Source of the DNA: Paramoeba atlantica
Lineage: Eukaryota; Protista; Discosea
NCBI GenBank assembly: GCA_977017575.1
Contig: CDRNVI010000058.1
Span: 135,003-199,002, forward strand
Direction: 5' to 3'
Length of the DNA: 64,000 bases
Made by a program: the position numbers and the translations under genes. Positions 1 to 10,978 of this stretch are shown piece after piece (within the stretch, counting starts at the first letter, position 1; each line of letters begins with the position of its first letter). The notes below the pieces were generated by a model that did not search any database, was not told the DNA's origin, and saw only the letters and a program-made list of their open reading frames with translations.

Positions 1-1197
1 GCTGATCGTCGTGGCATCGTGATGCGAGGGGAGGGTGAGGGAATCCGAAATCGGACCCTCGGAGGCCGCGTAGCCCGGAAACCGAACCCGTAAAAACTGA
101 GCCGCAAACAACCGCACGTAGGTTTGGTTATAAAAATGCGTATTCCGCAGCGCCTGCAGCGCATCCACCAGTATCCGCGGGGAGGTATCCGCGAGTTGTG
201 CCCCCAGCGCACGGCAACAGGCGTTGTACATCCCTTTATGGTCAATCTTATAATACGCCCCCGCGCGCAGCACATACAACACCTCCAACTGGGAATACCC
301 CTCCCCTCTCCTCATCACGTCCTCCAGCAACCTCTGCACCTCCCCCGCCATCCCATGCAGCACCTCCCCCGCCTTCCCATACTGCACCGCCTCCACACTG
401 TGCCACAGCCGGGCGTAGTCCGTAAACGTGGCCATCCCGCGGGTCGCGGCAAACCCCCCCAGCAGCGCGGCCCACATCCCGGGGTGCGCCACCCGGACCC
501 GGGCGAACGCCAGCCCCACCGTCGCCACCTCCCCCGGGGCCATCTCCCCCGCGAGCTGCGCGACCCGCGGGGCCAACCGCTGCATGGTGTCCGTGAAGTT
601 CCCCGGGAGCAGCGCGGCCAGGGCGGCCACCACCGGGAGCACCCCCTCCACGGGGAGCTCATACCCGCGGTCCGCCAGCAGCGTGAACAGCGACTCCACG
701 AGCTGGGGGACGGCCTCCCCGAGGTGGAAGTAGCTGATGCAGGAGGCGAGTCGCGCGGCCTGGGCCACCGAGAGGGCCCGGGACCGGGCGTGCGACGGGA
801 GGTTCTTGAGGAGACGGTCCAGCGCGAGACGGGCTTGGCTGAGGAGAGTGGGGTCGTGGGGGGGAGGAGTCGTAGTCGTAGTGGTAGTCGTAGGAGTAGG
901 AGTCGTAGAGTTGTGGTGATGGGGAAGCGTAGTAGGTGTCGTAGTAGGTGTCGTAGTAGGATTTGTAGAGTTGTGGTGATGGGGCGTCGTACGAAGGCTA
1001 CGCTCGTGTTGCTGTTTCAGTAGGGTGAGTCGAGTTACGGTGGTGGCTGCGATGGTTTCGTAAAAGGATTGGGTCTCGGCGAGGGGGGAGGGGGAGGGGG
1101 GGGTGTCGTCGAGGGTGGGGGGAGGGGGGGGAGGGGAGCGTCGGGAGGGGGAGGAGGAGGGGAGGGTGGAGGGGTTGGCGTGGATTTTGGCACGCAT
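1..1197 (-). CDS. Helical-repeat (FASTK/RAP/OPR-like) putative mitochondrial RNA-binding protein, 3'-partial (runs off window edge)
   Basis: Not in the ORF track. Manual translation from ATG at 1197 (MRAKIHANPS...) is stop-free to base 1. It has a Thr/Pro-rich linker then amphipathic repeats (LSVAQAARLASCISYFHL, MAPGEVATVGLAFARVRVAHPGMWAAL). The plus-strand ORF 124..1023 is its antisense shadow. Confidence 0.7.
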   Translation of the reverse strand, partial: MRAKIHANPSTLPSSSPSRRSPPPPPPTLDDTPPSPSPLAETQSFYETIAATTVTRLTLLKQQHERSLRTTPHHHNSTNPTTTPTTTPTTLPHHHNSTTPTPTTTTTTTTPPPHDPTLLSQARLALDRLLKNLPSHARSRALSVAQAARLASCISYFHLGEAVPQLVESLFTLLADRGYELPVEGVLPVVAALAALLPGNFTDTMQRLAPRVAQLAGEMAPGEVATVGLAFARVRVAHPGMWAALLGGFAATRGMATFTDYARLWHSVEAVQYGKAGEVLHGMAGEVQRLLEDVMRRGEGYSQLEVLYVLRAGAYYKIDHKGMYNACCRALGAQLADTSPRILVDALQALRNTHFYNQTYVRLFAAQFLRVRFPGYAASEGPISDSLTLPSHHDATTIS

Positions 1198-1448
1198 GCG
1201 AATCCATTGCTGCCATTGTTGTTTGATGGGGTTCATGGGAGGGGGTGGGGGTGGGGTGGGAGGTAAAGGGGTGAGGTGGGGAAGAGGGTAGAACTAGAGA
1301 AGGGAAAAGGTGGGTGGGAGAGGGTGTTGTGGTGGTTCAGGAGATAAAGTTTAGGGTAGGAAAGGAGATGGAAATACATTTAAAAAAATAAGGTTATGGC
1401 CTTGATCCATCAGATCAGATCAGATCAATATACCTGCATGAGTTGGAA

Positions 1449-4400
1449 TCACCCCGTAGCCGGGGACTCGGCGTGTGCCCCTATCCGCTCTTGTTGCTCC
1501 TTTTTAAGTTGCTCCAGTTCCTCTTCCGCGGTTTGCATTTGGGAAAAGAGCTTCTGTTTGAGCTCTGGAAAGCTCTTCAGCTGGTCCGCACTTAGACTTG
1601 CGTTTCCCTCCTTCTCCAAGTGCAGCATCAAGAACTTAATCGTTGCTGGGCGCTGGTAGGGTGGAAAATTCGCATAAGCCTGTAACAACCGGAACATGTT
1701 CGCTGGTGTCGACGAGCGTGCGGACTTATAGGCTCGAGAAAAAAGCGGGGCGAGCAGCCGAGAAGTGCCTAGTCGCATGACCGCAAAACATTCCAGAATG
1801 TCTAAACTGAGACTCGAAGTTAGTGAGGTCTCCAAGTAGGCCAGCCGCGTATTCACCGCAGAGATGAGCTTATGGTTAAAGACGCGTGAAATCGTAAACG
1901 CTTGCAGGATGACCACCGTCTCCTTGAGCGAGGCCCCACCGAGGTGTTCCTGTATGGTGGGCAACACCTCGTGACACAGCGCACTGCAGGGCTCTTGCAG
2001 CGTCGCAAAACCATGCAGCAGTAGATGTACCTCCGCCGTGGAGAGATGCTCTTTAAGCTCCAACACACGATGGGTAACAACCGCAAAGAGCTCTGCGTTT
2101 TTCACCGAGACGGTTGCGAATCCTTTCATTACGCTGCAGCAGGTGCGAAGGGAGAGGCTGGGGCCAAAGGCAATCGCCCGCAGCGCTAACTCGTCGAAAA
2201 TATCTTTTGATGTCTTTAAGTTTACCGTAGAACATGTGTAGATCAGTTCCCCCACGTCGGCTTCTTTTAACTCTTGACGTTTGGCAAGCGCCAGGGTGAT
2301 TATCGAGCTGTAGGCCTCAGTGTCGCGAAAGCCCAGCTTGGAGAGACAAGTAAGGATGAGGACGAGATCTCTCCCACCAAAATGAGGGGCTAATTCAATA
2401 ATTCTTTTGGAATAGGAGTGCACCAGACGTTTGCTTCGCAGCGGCCGCAGTGCGGCTGCCGCGAGAAGGCGTAGTGTGTCCTTCGGGGAGCACTCCGAGG
2501 CAATGTTCAAACACCGATCAATGAGATTGGAAAGCGCGATGGTATTATCCGCATAAAGAGGCACTCGCATGTAGATTAGAAAAAGATTGACAAGCACGGT
2601 GGGGTGAGTATTTCGGCGGGTGGCAGAGGTCTCGATCTCGGATCGCATCGTCGTAAACACGGCATGACCGGCCATATCCATCGTCGCAAGACAGCGCAGT
2701 GCCTTGCATAGATCCGCACTGTTCATCTCTTTTCCATGCGTTGCTACATAGTCTGCCAGTGTCGATATGAAAGACTTTTCGAGATAAGTGGATTCCCCTG
2801 CTTCGATAGCTTGGAGGAAAACAAGAAAATGGCTAGGTTTGAGAGTGTGCAAATGCTTCGTGACAAACTTGGAAAGTGTTTGAGCAGAACTTGCCTTGTT
2901 TTCCCCTTCCGCGCAAAAACATGCGTTTATGGCAATAAACACCACCTCATCGGAGCTTTCGAGTTGCTCTGAATGTTCAATTAGGTGCTGCAGATAATGT
3001 CGCATAGGAGTGGTGGGAAGTAGTCCTAAGTCAAGGCAGTTCCGCAACAAATTCAGTTTAGCTGCACGTGAAAGGTATTTGTCGTCGGTTTCAAATAACG
3101 GGGATATTTTATCCACAAAGGCTGTAAAGACATTACCTTGTCGAAGAGGACTTTCTTTCAATTCATCCGCGACAGAACGGAGGAGATGAAGCAGAAGTTC
3201 AAGAACGCACATGTTAACTCCGGAAATGAAACGTACTTCTTTCTTCAGAGGTGCACGATGAGAACACATTTTTTGTATGTCTTCGAATCGTTCATTTTCC
3301 GAATTTGCATCGAGCACGTTGAGCTGCAATGCTCGTTTGGTCAACCGGAAAGCAGTCTTTAGATTTATAGTAATCTCGGACAGCGTCTCATGCATCCAGC
3401 AGACCAACTCAAACCAGTCCGCAGCACTCTGTACGCGAGAGCTGCGTTGCTCGTAATTCTTCAATAGCCTTTCGTTCGGAAGACCAATCTTCTTATCAAT
3501 GCAGACGCGCAGAAAGGTTTGAATTTGTGGCCACGTCATGAGATCTGTGTTTAAATGTTCCAAAAATCGATGAACCACATCACGTTTGAATGGTGGGTAC
3601 GAAAAAATATGCAAAAGTAACGGCAAAGGAAGCGTAAATTTTAGCCCGAGAACTCTAGTCTCCAAATGTGCGTTAATTCGAACATGCTCTGTGTGTCCGC
3701 TGACATTCAGGCATTCGATGATACGAGCCACGTCCATCGGATCCACGACTTGCCTCCAGTGAATGCAAAGTTTCTCGCAAAGTAGTTGAACTGTTTGCCT
3801 GTCACCTATGTGATTCTGATGCAAAACGGTTAAAACGGGAAAGCCTTTGCAGAGTACCGAAATGCGCATCATTTTAAGATATCCGACGGCAAATTTCATA
3901 ATGTCGGACAGCATCTCGACGACTGCCCTTCTTGTCTCACCGGAAATGCTGAGCGTGTCAGCGGCTTGTAAAAGTACTTTGGCGAGTGAGCCTGCGGATT
4001 CCAAGGCGTGCGAAGTTGATTCTGGTCCTGGAGTCTTGTGCCACCAGAGAAAAGTGGTCCGAAAATACGGGACCAGACCATCTAACTCATCGGCTCCATA
4101 AATTTCACATAAAAGATTCAGATAAGATGCAAGTAAATGATGAGATAGGCCTTGGAGGTCTTCTACGTGACTTGGCCAATGTGAAAGCGGTTTCAACTTT
4201 GGTGTCTCCTCGGTTTCGGATGTAGTCGCTGGACTACCGGTTTTTGGGCTCTCTAAATCTTTTTTAGCAAGGTTTTCTAACTCAGCAACGAGTTGTGGAA
4301 GGTTATTTAGTTTTTTGCTTTGCACTTCCGGTGTAGAACTCGAGTAAAAACGCAATCCAATTCCTTGAAAATTATGTTTCGAAGACTTCAAACGCATCTT

Positions 4401-4673
4401 GTTTGATTGGAAAGAAAATGGAAAGGCATTTAAAGAAGAGAAGACATTCTTCGAATATAAATTTAGAAAGTGAAGAAAAGTTTCCTTATGAGGACGCGAG
4501 CCGACGGCACAACTGTGCACAAACGTGGTGTTCGGGATACACGAAATATTAGGAGTTCGGATTCGTATTTGTCGTTCTAGGTGCTCACAAGAGGGTGAAC
4601 AAGTGCATAGAGACATAACGTTAATCGATTTCGTTTTCCACGATAAAGGCATCGTAGGGACAGAACACGGCAT
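1449..4673 (-). CDS. Large helical-repeat (FASTK/OPR/HPR-like) protein, probably mitochondrial; likely start at 4397 (MRLKSSKHNFQGIGLRFYSS)
   Basis: 1074-aa ORF. The C-terminal third has ~37-aa repeats such as LSLRTCCSVMKGFATVSVKNAELF, LSTAEVHLLLHGFATLQEPCSAL and ASLKETVVILQAFTISRVFNHKL. The N-terminus resembles a transit peptide. Confidence 0.7.
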   Translation of the reverse strand: MPCSVPTMPLSWKTKSINVMSLCTCSPSCEHLERQIRIRTPNISCIPNTTFVHSCAVGSRPHKETFLHFLNLYSKNVFSSLNAFPFSFQSNKMRLKSSKHNFQGIGLRFYSSSTPEVQSKKLNNLPQLVAELENLAKKDLESPKTGSPATTSETEETPKLKPLSHWPSHVEDLQGLSHHLLASYLNLLCEIYGADELDGLVPYFRTTFLWWHKTPGPESTSHALESAGSLAKVLLQAADTLSISGETRRAVVEMLSDIMKFAVGYLKMMRISVLCKGFPVLTVLHQNHIGDRQTVQLLCEKLCIHWRQVVDPMDVARIIECLNVSGHTEHVRINAHLETRVLGLKFTLPLPLLLHIFSYPPFKRDVVHRFLEHLNTDLMTWPQIQTFLRVCIDKKIGLPNERLLKNYEQRSSRVQSAADWFELVCWMHETLSEITINLKTAFRLTKRALQLNVLDANSENERFEDIQKMCSHRAPLKKEVRFISGVNMCVLELLLHLLRSVADELKESPLRQGNVFTAFVDKISPLFETDDKYLSRAAKLNLLRNCLDLGLLPTTPMRHYLQHLIEHSEQLESSDEVVFIAINACFCAEGENKASSAQTLSKFVTKHLHTLKPSHFLVFLQAIEAGESTYLEKSFISTLADYVATHGKEMNSADLCKALRCLATMDMAGHAVFTTMRSEIETSATRRNTHPTVLVNLFLIYMRVPLYADNTIALSNLIDRCLNIASECSPKDTLRLLAAAALRPLRSKRLVHSYSKRIIELAPHFGGRDLVLILTCLSKLGFRDTEAYSSIITLALAKRQELKEADVGELIYTCSTVNLKTSKDIFDELALRAIAFGPSLSLRTCCSVMKGFATVSVKNAELFAVVTHRVLELKEHLSTAEVHLLLHGFATLQEPCSALCHEVLPTIQEHLGGASLKETVVILQAFTISRVFNHKLISAVNTRLAYLETSLTSSLSLDILECFAVMRLGTSRLLAPLFSRAYKSARSSTPANMFRLLQAYANFPPYQRPATIKFLMLHLEKEGNASLSADQLKSFPELKQKLFSQMQTAEEELEQLKKEQQERIGAHAESPATG

Positions 4674-5533
4674 GCGGGTACTGATGCAAAGAAATGTTTG
4701 CGGTCAAGCCTGGTAGATTTCGTTGTTATGCAATCAGAAGTCACTAAATCATGATTTCATAGTAAGTGAGATCGTGAAACAGTTGTAAAGCATTTCTTGA
4801 TACTATGCGGGCCGTATTCTAGTGAAAAACCAAAAGAATAGTACAAAATATTAATCAGTCAAAAAGAGGACAGATAGAAGTTTTTATATCAATATCACTT
4901 TAGTAATCTTTACATAAGAGGCCTATGCTATGGTTGACCCGAGAATAATTTCTTCAACTTGCAAACTGTGTGCACTTTACTGCAATCCTCTTAGCGCTTA
5001 GAATCTTTTTACCTTCCGAAAAATGAAAACGAACGGTGCGTGCATGCCGATTATGAGTATTTTGTCCATCCAAGACTAGTGGCGTGTTGTCGAAAACATT
5101 TCCGGCAGCAATACAAACCATATTTGCGAATGAGACCTTTCTCAACACTGCACATGCGACACTGGCGACTACCTTTGCCTACGTGTAGAGCCTGACGAGT
5201 TTTCCAAATATCGGCGTGAACCATTTTCCGTAAAATTACGTGCTATCAAAAAATCAATATAAAGAAAAAAAAATGTGTTGAATCTTTTGAATATTTTTCT
5301 GATTACCTTACAATAGCAGCACTTGGTTCTTGAATTACATGAATGAGCTACATGAATGAGTTACATGGAAGGGACACCTGCGAAAAACTACAATTTTCAA
5401 AACTATCTCTCCAATATGATGCAACTCCTTACAGATTTGTCTTGAGTCGACATTTCCGCAAAAAGCAAAAGCTTCTCGAGATAGATAAAGAAAAGGAAAA
5501 AAAGAACAATACAGCTTTACCTATTGGAACGCC

Positions 5534-5857
5534 TTAACTGACATTTACTAGAGAGGACTCACTCGTTTCTCGTAAATCACTGTCCTCCATACGTACCATG
5601 GCGGTGCTTGGAATCATACACATGGACAAAAAGCGTTCTCGAATAAACATACTATTATTTTGTGTCATTTCCGCATTTTCGTTGGAGTTTCCTACATCGT
5701 CCTCTGCTGGGATCGGCGGAAGAGACTCCCACGCCTCACTTAGAATCACGTGACCATCACAGTCATAACTCGCAATGACGCCTCGAAAGACCCTACCGTC
5801 CGTAATGGTTATGTGCACTCGGCGTCCTAGAAAAGTCTTTGACATTCTTGTGCGCAA
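5534..5857 (-). CDS. Sm/LSm-fold protein (NAA38/Mak31-like or SmB-like)
   Basis: Sm1 motif RVHITITDGRVFRGVIASYDCDGHVILSEAWE and Sm2-like RFLSMCMIP. Confidence 0.75.
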   Translation of the reverse strand: MRTRMSKTFLGRRVHITITDGRVFRGVIASYDCDGHVILSEAWESLPPIPAEDDVGNSNENAEMTQNNSMFIRERFLSMCMIPSTAMVRMEDSDLRETSESSLVNVS

Positions 5858-6053
5858 GTTAGGAGGTAAACCTCATGATAATATGTATAAAATTCTGGAA
5901 AAAGCAAATCGTATATTTTCTACAAATTAATTTTACAAACAAAAGAGATAAATATACAAGTAAATTGGTTTGAACCGTAGTATCCTGAATTTGACAAAGA
6001 AATACCAAACAATACTTCGAAAAAACATCGAACAATTCTTTTTCAAATTCACC

Positions 6054-8141
6054 TCATCTTGCCGTTTCCTCCTGAACTGGTTTGTCCTGAACAAAACCGG
6101 TCATTTCCACGGGCGCGTACTTACCACCACTGTGTTTCAAATCGTAGTAGTAACACACATAAATGGTATCAATACACACGGCATAGACCTGGAAAAACAC
6201 ACAGGACATAAAATAACACACAACGGCAATAAACACAAGAGGGAGTACCGTACTTTGCTCGCTTACAAACGATTCCTCACAGAATATTCCCCGCTGCAGG
6301 AGCAAATGGCTGCACAGGACACAGGAAAAAACAACCAGCATTTTGCCTAACCCAATCACGACCCCTTCCACGGCACTGAGCACCACAGCAGTCGCAATAT
6401 TATCCAAAATAATATGAAAAGCCTCTCGGGCAGCGGAACAGAAACACTGGGAGGTAATACACATCACAATGTAACCGTTACGTGAGATCACTTTGAGAAA
6501 CTTTTCAAAACAAGCGAGTAAGCATTCCGCGATGCAGGAGAAAAACCGGTTCACGTTGGGCCGGCCCGCGACCTTCTCGGCTTGTGTGGCAATCAGTCGC
6601 ATCGCAATGCGTAGCATTTGAACCAAAGCAATGAGTAACGTCCCAAGCGCGAGCGTCCCGGCATGATACCCGAGTGTCCAGCACGTTGCTCGGGCAATGG
6701 ATCCATAGGGGAGATATTTATGCGTCGACGCCTGGGCTTCTCTTTTCTCTGGAGATGAAGCCATCACCGAGGGACAGCTAAAATACCAAAATACGGTACA
6801 AAAGGCCAGAATGGTAAACCCCACAGCCGTGACAAACCCCAGTGACCACAAAGCCCCGAAAAGCGTGTAGACATACAAATAGGGTCGGTAGAGGTCGTCA
6901 CAGACAAATCCCCCAATGTTATAGCTCTCCTCCATAGTTTGATTGCCCCACGAGAAGGTTGAATTTCGTATGGAAAACGGAATTTGCACCGTATGGGAAC
7001 AATCCGAGGTGTAGAGAAACAACCCGACGCCTGCGGACCACACCACAATGAGCAACTGGACCGCGGAGGTCACCAGCGACACCCCCACCATCGAGGGGGC
7101 CGCGGAGAGCACGCGCCCGCCCATACGAATCATATCACACGCGGTGTCCACATGTCGCGCAAACCAAAACATGAGCAGAACGTAAACCAACGTGGTGGCC
7201 GCGAGACCATACGAACTGAGGCGCCAGAATTGAGCCGACTGCGTGGAGAAAAGCGAAATCGAGGCCTGCGGGGTGCGCGCTGGATTCGCCATGGCCTCTG
7301 CCTGGGTGTGGAGGTACCACGTGAGCAGGAGAAACAGCAGCAGCACGAGCACGATACTCAGCCACACGAGGGGCTTCACCGCGAGACGCATCAGTTGGAT
7401 GTAGAGCACACTGAGGAGCACACAGAGCGCCGCGGAGAGGAGCAGAACTCTCCAGCAGTCACAGAGCTCGGAGAGGCCTTGGGTTAAGACTCCGGAGATT
7501 TGCATCGCGTAGGGAATTTGGGAGAGATAGGGGGAGAGGGTATCGGTGGGGAGCCTTTGGGGCACACAGCGATGGGCAAAGGTTTGGGTGTCGTAGGTGA
7601 TGGGGTAATACGCAGGAATGTACCACGGAAGAGCGGAATGGTTGGAGTGGGGGTCGCGCGAGTGACGGGGGACATCTCCGTAGGTGTAGACTTTTTGAGA
7701 TTCCGGTAAAAAGAGGGCTGAAAATGGGCTTTGAGCGTTGTGAAAAGGCTCAGGGCATTGACGCACACACAGCGCACGCTGTACCCCTTGGTAGGCCATG
7801 GCCAGCACGGTGTTTGTGTCGTTGGAGGAGGCCAACGCCTTTTCCGGGGCAAGCGGTACCCATAAATGCGTATTCTCCTCCCATCGTTGACTTTGGTACA
7901 CACTTTGGTCCGGGATGTGGTTGGAAAACTCCGGGGGTCCGGTTCCCTTGCCACAGACATAGCCGAGGTAGTCCGTGCCATAGAGTAGACGGTTGGGATC
8001 CCCGGATTTAAGGCTCAGTCCTCCGAGTACAAGGAAACCGACCCAAAACACAACGAACAGGACAAGAAAGAAAACATCCGTACAGCTTCGATGGGTGACG
8101 TAGGTGGAGGGGAGTTTGTTGTCACCCCCGCAGCAGAGCAT
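6054..8141 (-). CDS. Choline transporter-like protein (SLC44/CTL family)
   Basis: Motifs RSCTDVFFLVLF, RLLYGTDYLGYVC, YHAGTLALGTLLIA, CFEKFLKVISRNGYIVM, VYAVCIDTIYVCY; about 10 TM segments. Confidence 0.93.
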   Translation of the reverse strand: MLCCGGDNKLPSTYVTHRSCTDVFFLVLFVVFWVGFLVLGGLSLKSGDPNRLLYGTDYLGYVCGKGTGPPEFSNHIPDQSVYQSQRWEENTHLWVPLAPEKALASSNDTNTVLAMAYQGVQRALCVRQCPEPFHNAQSPFSALFLPESQKVYTYGDVPRHSRDPHSNHSALPWYIPAYYPITYDTQTFAHRCVPQRLPTDTLSPYLSQIPYAMQISGVLTQGLSELCDCWRVLLLSAALCVLLSVLYIQLMRLAVKPLVWLSIVLVLLLFLLLTWYLHTQAEAMANPARTPQASISLFSTQSAQFWRLSSYGLAATTLVYVLLMFWFARHVDTACDMIRMGGRVLSAAPSMVGVSLVTSAVQLLIVVWSAGVGLFLYTSDCSHTVQIPFSIRNSTFSWGNQTMEESYNIGGFVCDDLYRPYLYVYTLFGALWSLGFVTAVGFTILAFCTVFWYFSCPSVMASSPEKREAQASTHKYLPYGSIARATCWTLGYHAGTLALGTLLIALVQMLRIAMRLIATQAEKVAGRPNVNRFFSCIAECLLACFEKFLKVISRNGYIVMCITSQCFCSAAREAFHIILDNIATAVVLSAVEGVVIGLGKMLVVFSCVLCSHLLLQRGIFCEESFVSEQSTVLPLVFIAVVCYFMSCVFFQVYAVCIDTIYVCYYYDLKHSGGKYAPVEMTGFVQDKPVQEETAR

Positions 8142-8419
8142 GGCGTCCGGAGCACGTGTGGGGGATTCTTCTTATGCAGGAAGAAGATTTACAGCGTTTG
8201 GTTTATAAAGGCGATATGGTTTTGCCAGGCCCGTGCTTCATGGTTGGTTTTGCATGGGGAGGAATAGAGAATAGTTCTAGACTCGATAAGATAGAGAAAA
8301 AACGATGAATCACAAAATGGACGGTTTTTAACGAAACATAACTCAAAGACTTATGATTTTAACACAACCTGATGTACAAAAACCTATCAAGCACTAAAGT
8401 AGATGGAGTCTACTTTTCT

Positions 8420-9241
8420 CTAAATTTCAACTGTGGCAGCGACAACAAAATTGCTCCAGTCCGCGTCTTGAAACGCAGCCTTGTCTTCCTCCGCCTGCTG
8501 TGTTTCCTGGTTTTCCTTTACCCTGGTTTTCTCCCTCTGCCACAGCGCACTGTCCCAGCAACGCGCCAGCAGCTCATCGGGGCGGCATGTGCTCTGCGTC
8601 TCCAACGCTTCCACGAGACCACCGGAGGGTCGCAAAATACGCTGGTAGGATTCAAACAAATGCCGAAAGAGATGAAACCTTGGGTGTCCATCTTTTAGAA
8701 AATCAAAATAGGGGTTTCGCTTTTCATGCGTCATCAGGGCGTGCATGAACTCCTCTCCGTAGATGACCAGATACTGGGCGGTGTGTTTCATCAGCTCCAA
8801 TGTAGTAAGGCAGATTTCATTCCCTGTGGGACTGAAATCCGCATCTAGACTGTGGATAAGGGGGAGGGGGTCGGTAGCAGGAACAGGCCGCTCCTCGTTT
8901 AGCATCGCGCAGAGAAGAGAATGGGTTTGTGTTTCGGGTGATACGAAAGATGAAATTGTGGTCGTCCCCGATGGCTGAGTAGCTTGAGGTGTCGTATCCA
9001 CAACGGGGGTTTGGTCCCGTAACTCTTGTTTGTATTCCTCCACTTTTTGACGGTAGTACGCGTGGTAGGGGTTTTCGGGCTTCAAAAAGCTAAACGTTAC
9101 GTTGGTCATGATGGTTCGATTCGCAAGAAGCCCGTACTCGAATTTTTCACCTTTCTCAGCAACCCTCTTGGCTGTTTTATCGACCGTCTCCCGAGTGCTC
9201 GGAGGGGGAAGAATCACGCGGGAGGAAGGGGCAGCGCTCAT
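8420..9241 (-). CDS. SF3A1: Splicing factor 3A subunit 1 / Prp21-like (two SURP/SWAP domains), short form
   Basis: VILPPPSTRETVDKTAKRVA...FSFLKPENPYHAYYRQKV; second SURP LELMKHTAQY...YFDFLKDGHPRFHLF; C-terminal DWSNFVVAATVE. Confidence 0.88.
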   Translation of the reverse strand: MSAAPSSRVILPPPSTRETVDKTAKRVAEKGEKFEYGLLANRTIMTNVTFSFLKPENPYHAYYRQKVEEYKQELRDQTPVVDTTPQATQPSGTTTISSFVSPETQTHSLLCAMLNEERPVPATDPLPLIHSLDADFSPTGNEICLTTLELMKHTAQYLVIYGEEFMHALMTHEKRNPYFDFLKDGHPRFHLFRHLFESYQRILRPSGGLVEALETQSTCRPDELLARCWDSALWQREKTRVKENQETQQAEEDKAAFQDADWSNFVVAATVEI

Positions 9242-9488
9242 TGTTTAAAAAAAGTAGACTGGGTTAAAAAAATCTACCAAATGATGTTTGAGTTTTGTGG
9301 GGCATTGAATGTGTCTATCAAATCTGAATATTTCAAAGGTACTGACCCATCCTTTAATTACATTTAAATTGGTATGCAAGCCCATAAAAACAAACATTTG
9401 TGAACCATAAAGCACAAACCTACATGAAGAACACAGCAATTTACTGCATTACGTCTGTTTTGCCCCTTTTCACACCCCCTTATTGCCC

Positions 9489-10007
9489 CTATTTCGCCCG
9501 ACAAACCTCCGGGATCGTAAACTTCCCGGCCTGGTTATTCATCAGCAGCGCAATAATCAGCCCATACAACCCCAAAGCCTCTCCAAAAATCAACATTAAA
9601 ATCATAGCCACAAAAATCCGGTCCTGCCGCGCGTACGCCCGCACCGAGGTATCCCCAACTATCCCAATCGCAAACCCCGCGGCCAGGGAGGACAACCCGG
9701 CCGCGAGTCCGGCCCCAAAATGCATATACCCCGCAAAGGCGGAGTAGGTCCCGTCGACGCGAATACTGCTGTTGATAATCACCGCAACAATGAGCCCATA
9801 AATCCCTAGAATCCCTGCCATCACGACGGGGACGATCCCACGCATAATACGCTCGTGGTGGAGCACCCCGAGGTGGGCGACCCCGACCCCGGACTTGGCA
9901 GTGCCGTAGGCGGAGCCGAGATTGGCAAAGACAAGCGCAGCGGTCGCCCCCATGGCCCCGAAGAAGGCCGCAGAGGGGGGGAAGAGTTTGTCACAGATCT
10001 CAGACAT
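9489..10007 (-). CDS. VMA3: V-type H+-ATPase 16-kDa proteolipid subunit c
   Basis: [69 protein letters not shown]. The GVAHLG...ERIMRG wording resembles trypanosomatid orthologues. Confidence 0.97.
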   Translation of the reverse strand: MSEICDKLFPPSAAFFGAMGATAALVFANLGSAYGTAKSGVGVAHLGVLHHERIMRGIVPVVMAGILGIYGLIVAVIINSSIRVDGTYSAFAGYMHFGAGLAAGLSSLAAGFAIGIVGDTSVRAYARQDRIFVAMILMLIFGEALGLYGLIIALLMNNQAGKFTIPEVCRAK

Positions 10008-10978
10008 GGAGGAGAAGGAGGGAGGAGATAAAGAAAGAATTCTAAAGGAATATCAAGAGGGTGAGTTACAAGGTGTGTTTTGCAATACATACCGTGTTGG
10101 ACAAACACGTCTTGTTTTACGTCCTACTTACGTGTGGACAAGAGTTTTTGGACAAGAGTTTAAAAAAAATATCATTCAGGATTGCTCTTCCCCTCCTTAC
10201 GCAGGCTGCATCTTGCACCTTTTGTTAGTAAGAGCACAACTTTCCTGACGTACAGACTAACTCATAGCCCTAGCTACTAGTTTTACAGCACTAAGGGAGC
10301 AGGGGAACCCAAGTTTGACCATTATAGAATGTACCCAAGAGAAAGATGGACACCCGCCCGGTTTCTCATTTTCATCATCGAATAGCTTTTTCGTCGCTCT
10401 GCGAAATCTTTCTGTCCCTATTTTGCAATGCACAAGGTGCAAATGCTACCTACACTGAGCCGTCAACTGGTCTCCGCGAACTGCCCTCTGCCCAGGACAC
10501 GCAAATTGATTACTCAAATTGGCGCACGAGACTTGTTCGTCCTCTGTGTACTGGCTGTCCCGCTTTTAATTGTGTATCTTGCTGGCGCAGTGTAAGGTCG
10601 CGATGCTGAAGAGTGGATGCGGAGTCACGATACGTTCAGTCCGACGAACTGTCACTTGCACGGTATTGGTTTCATGTCGGACGTTGTCTGGCGATCCTCA
10701 TCTTACCATTTGTACTAATCGAGAGCCCGGAAAGGTAAATCATTGCCGAATAAAGAAATGCAAGTGGGCACCTTATTAACACCCCGTCACGATAAGTGAC
10801 CATAGGCTAATTTTTGGTATATGAGGCCGTTTTATCTAATTTTTGTAGCATTTTGCAGATCTCATTGCCCAATTTCTTGGAGACACACACTTGGTGCAAA
10901 TGCTGAACAATTGCATCTGGTGGGTGTTACTTACCATTTTTTTTTTCACCTTTTTACCACTTTGCTTGATTTGTTATA

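Noticed and set aside
124-1023. 299-aa plus-strand ORF
   Set aside because: In-register antisense shadow of the GC-rich minus-strand gene 1..1197; translation is low-complexity.
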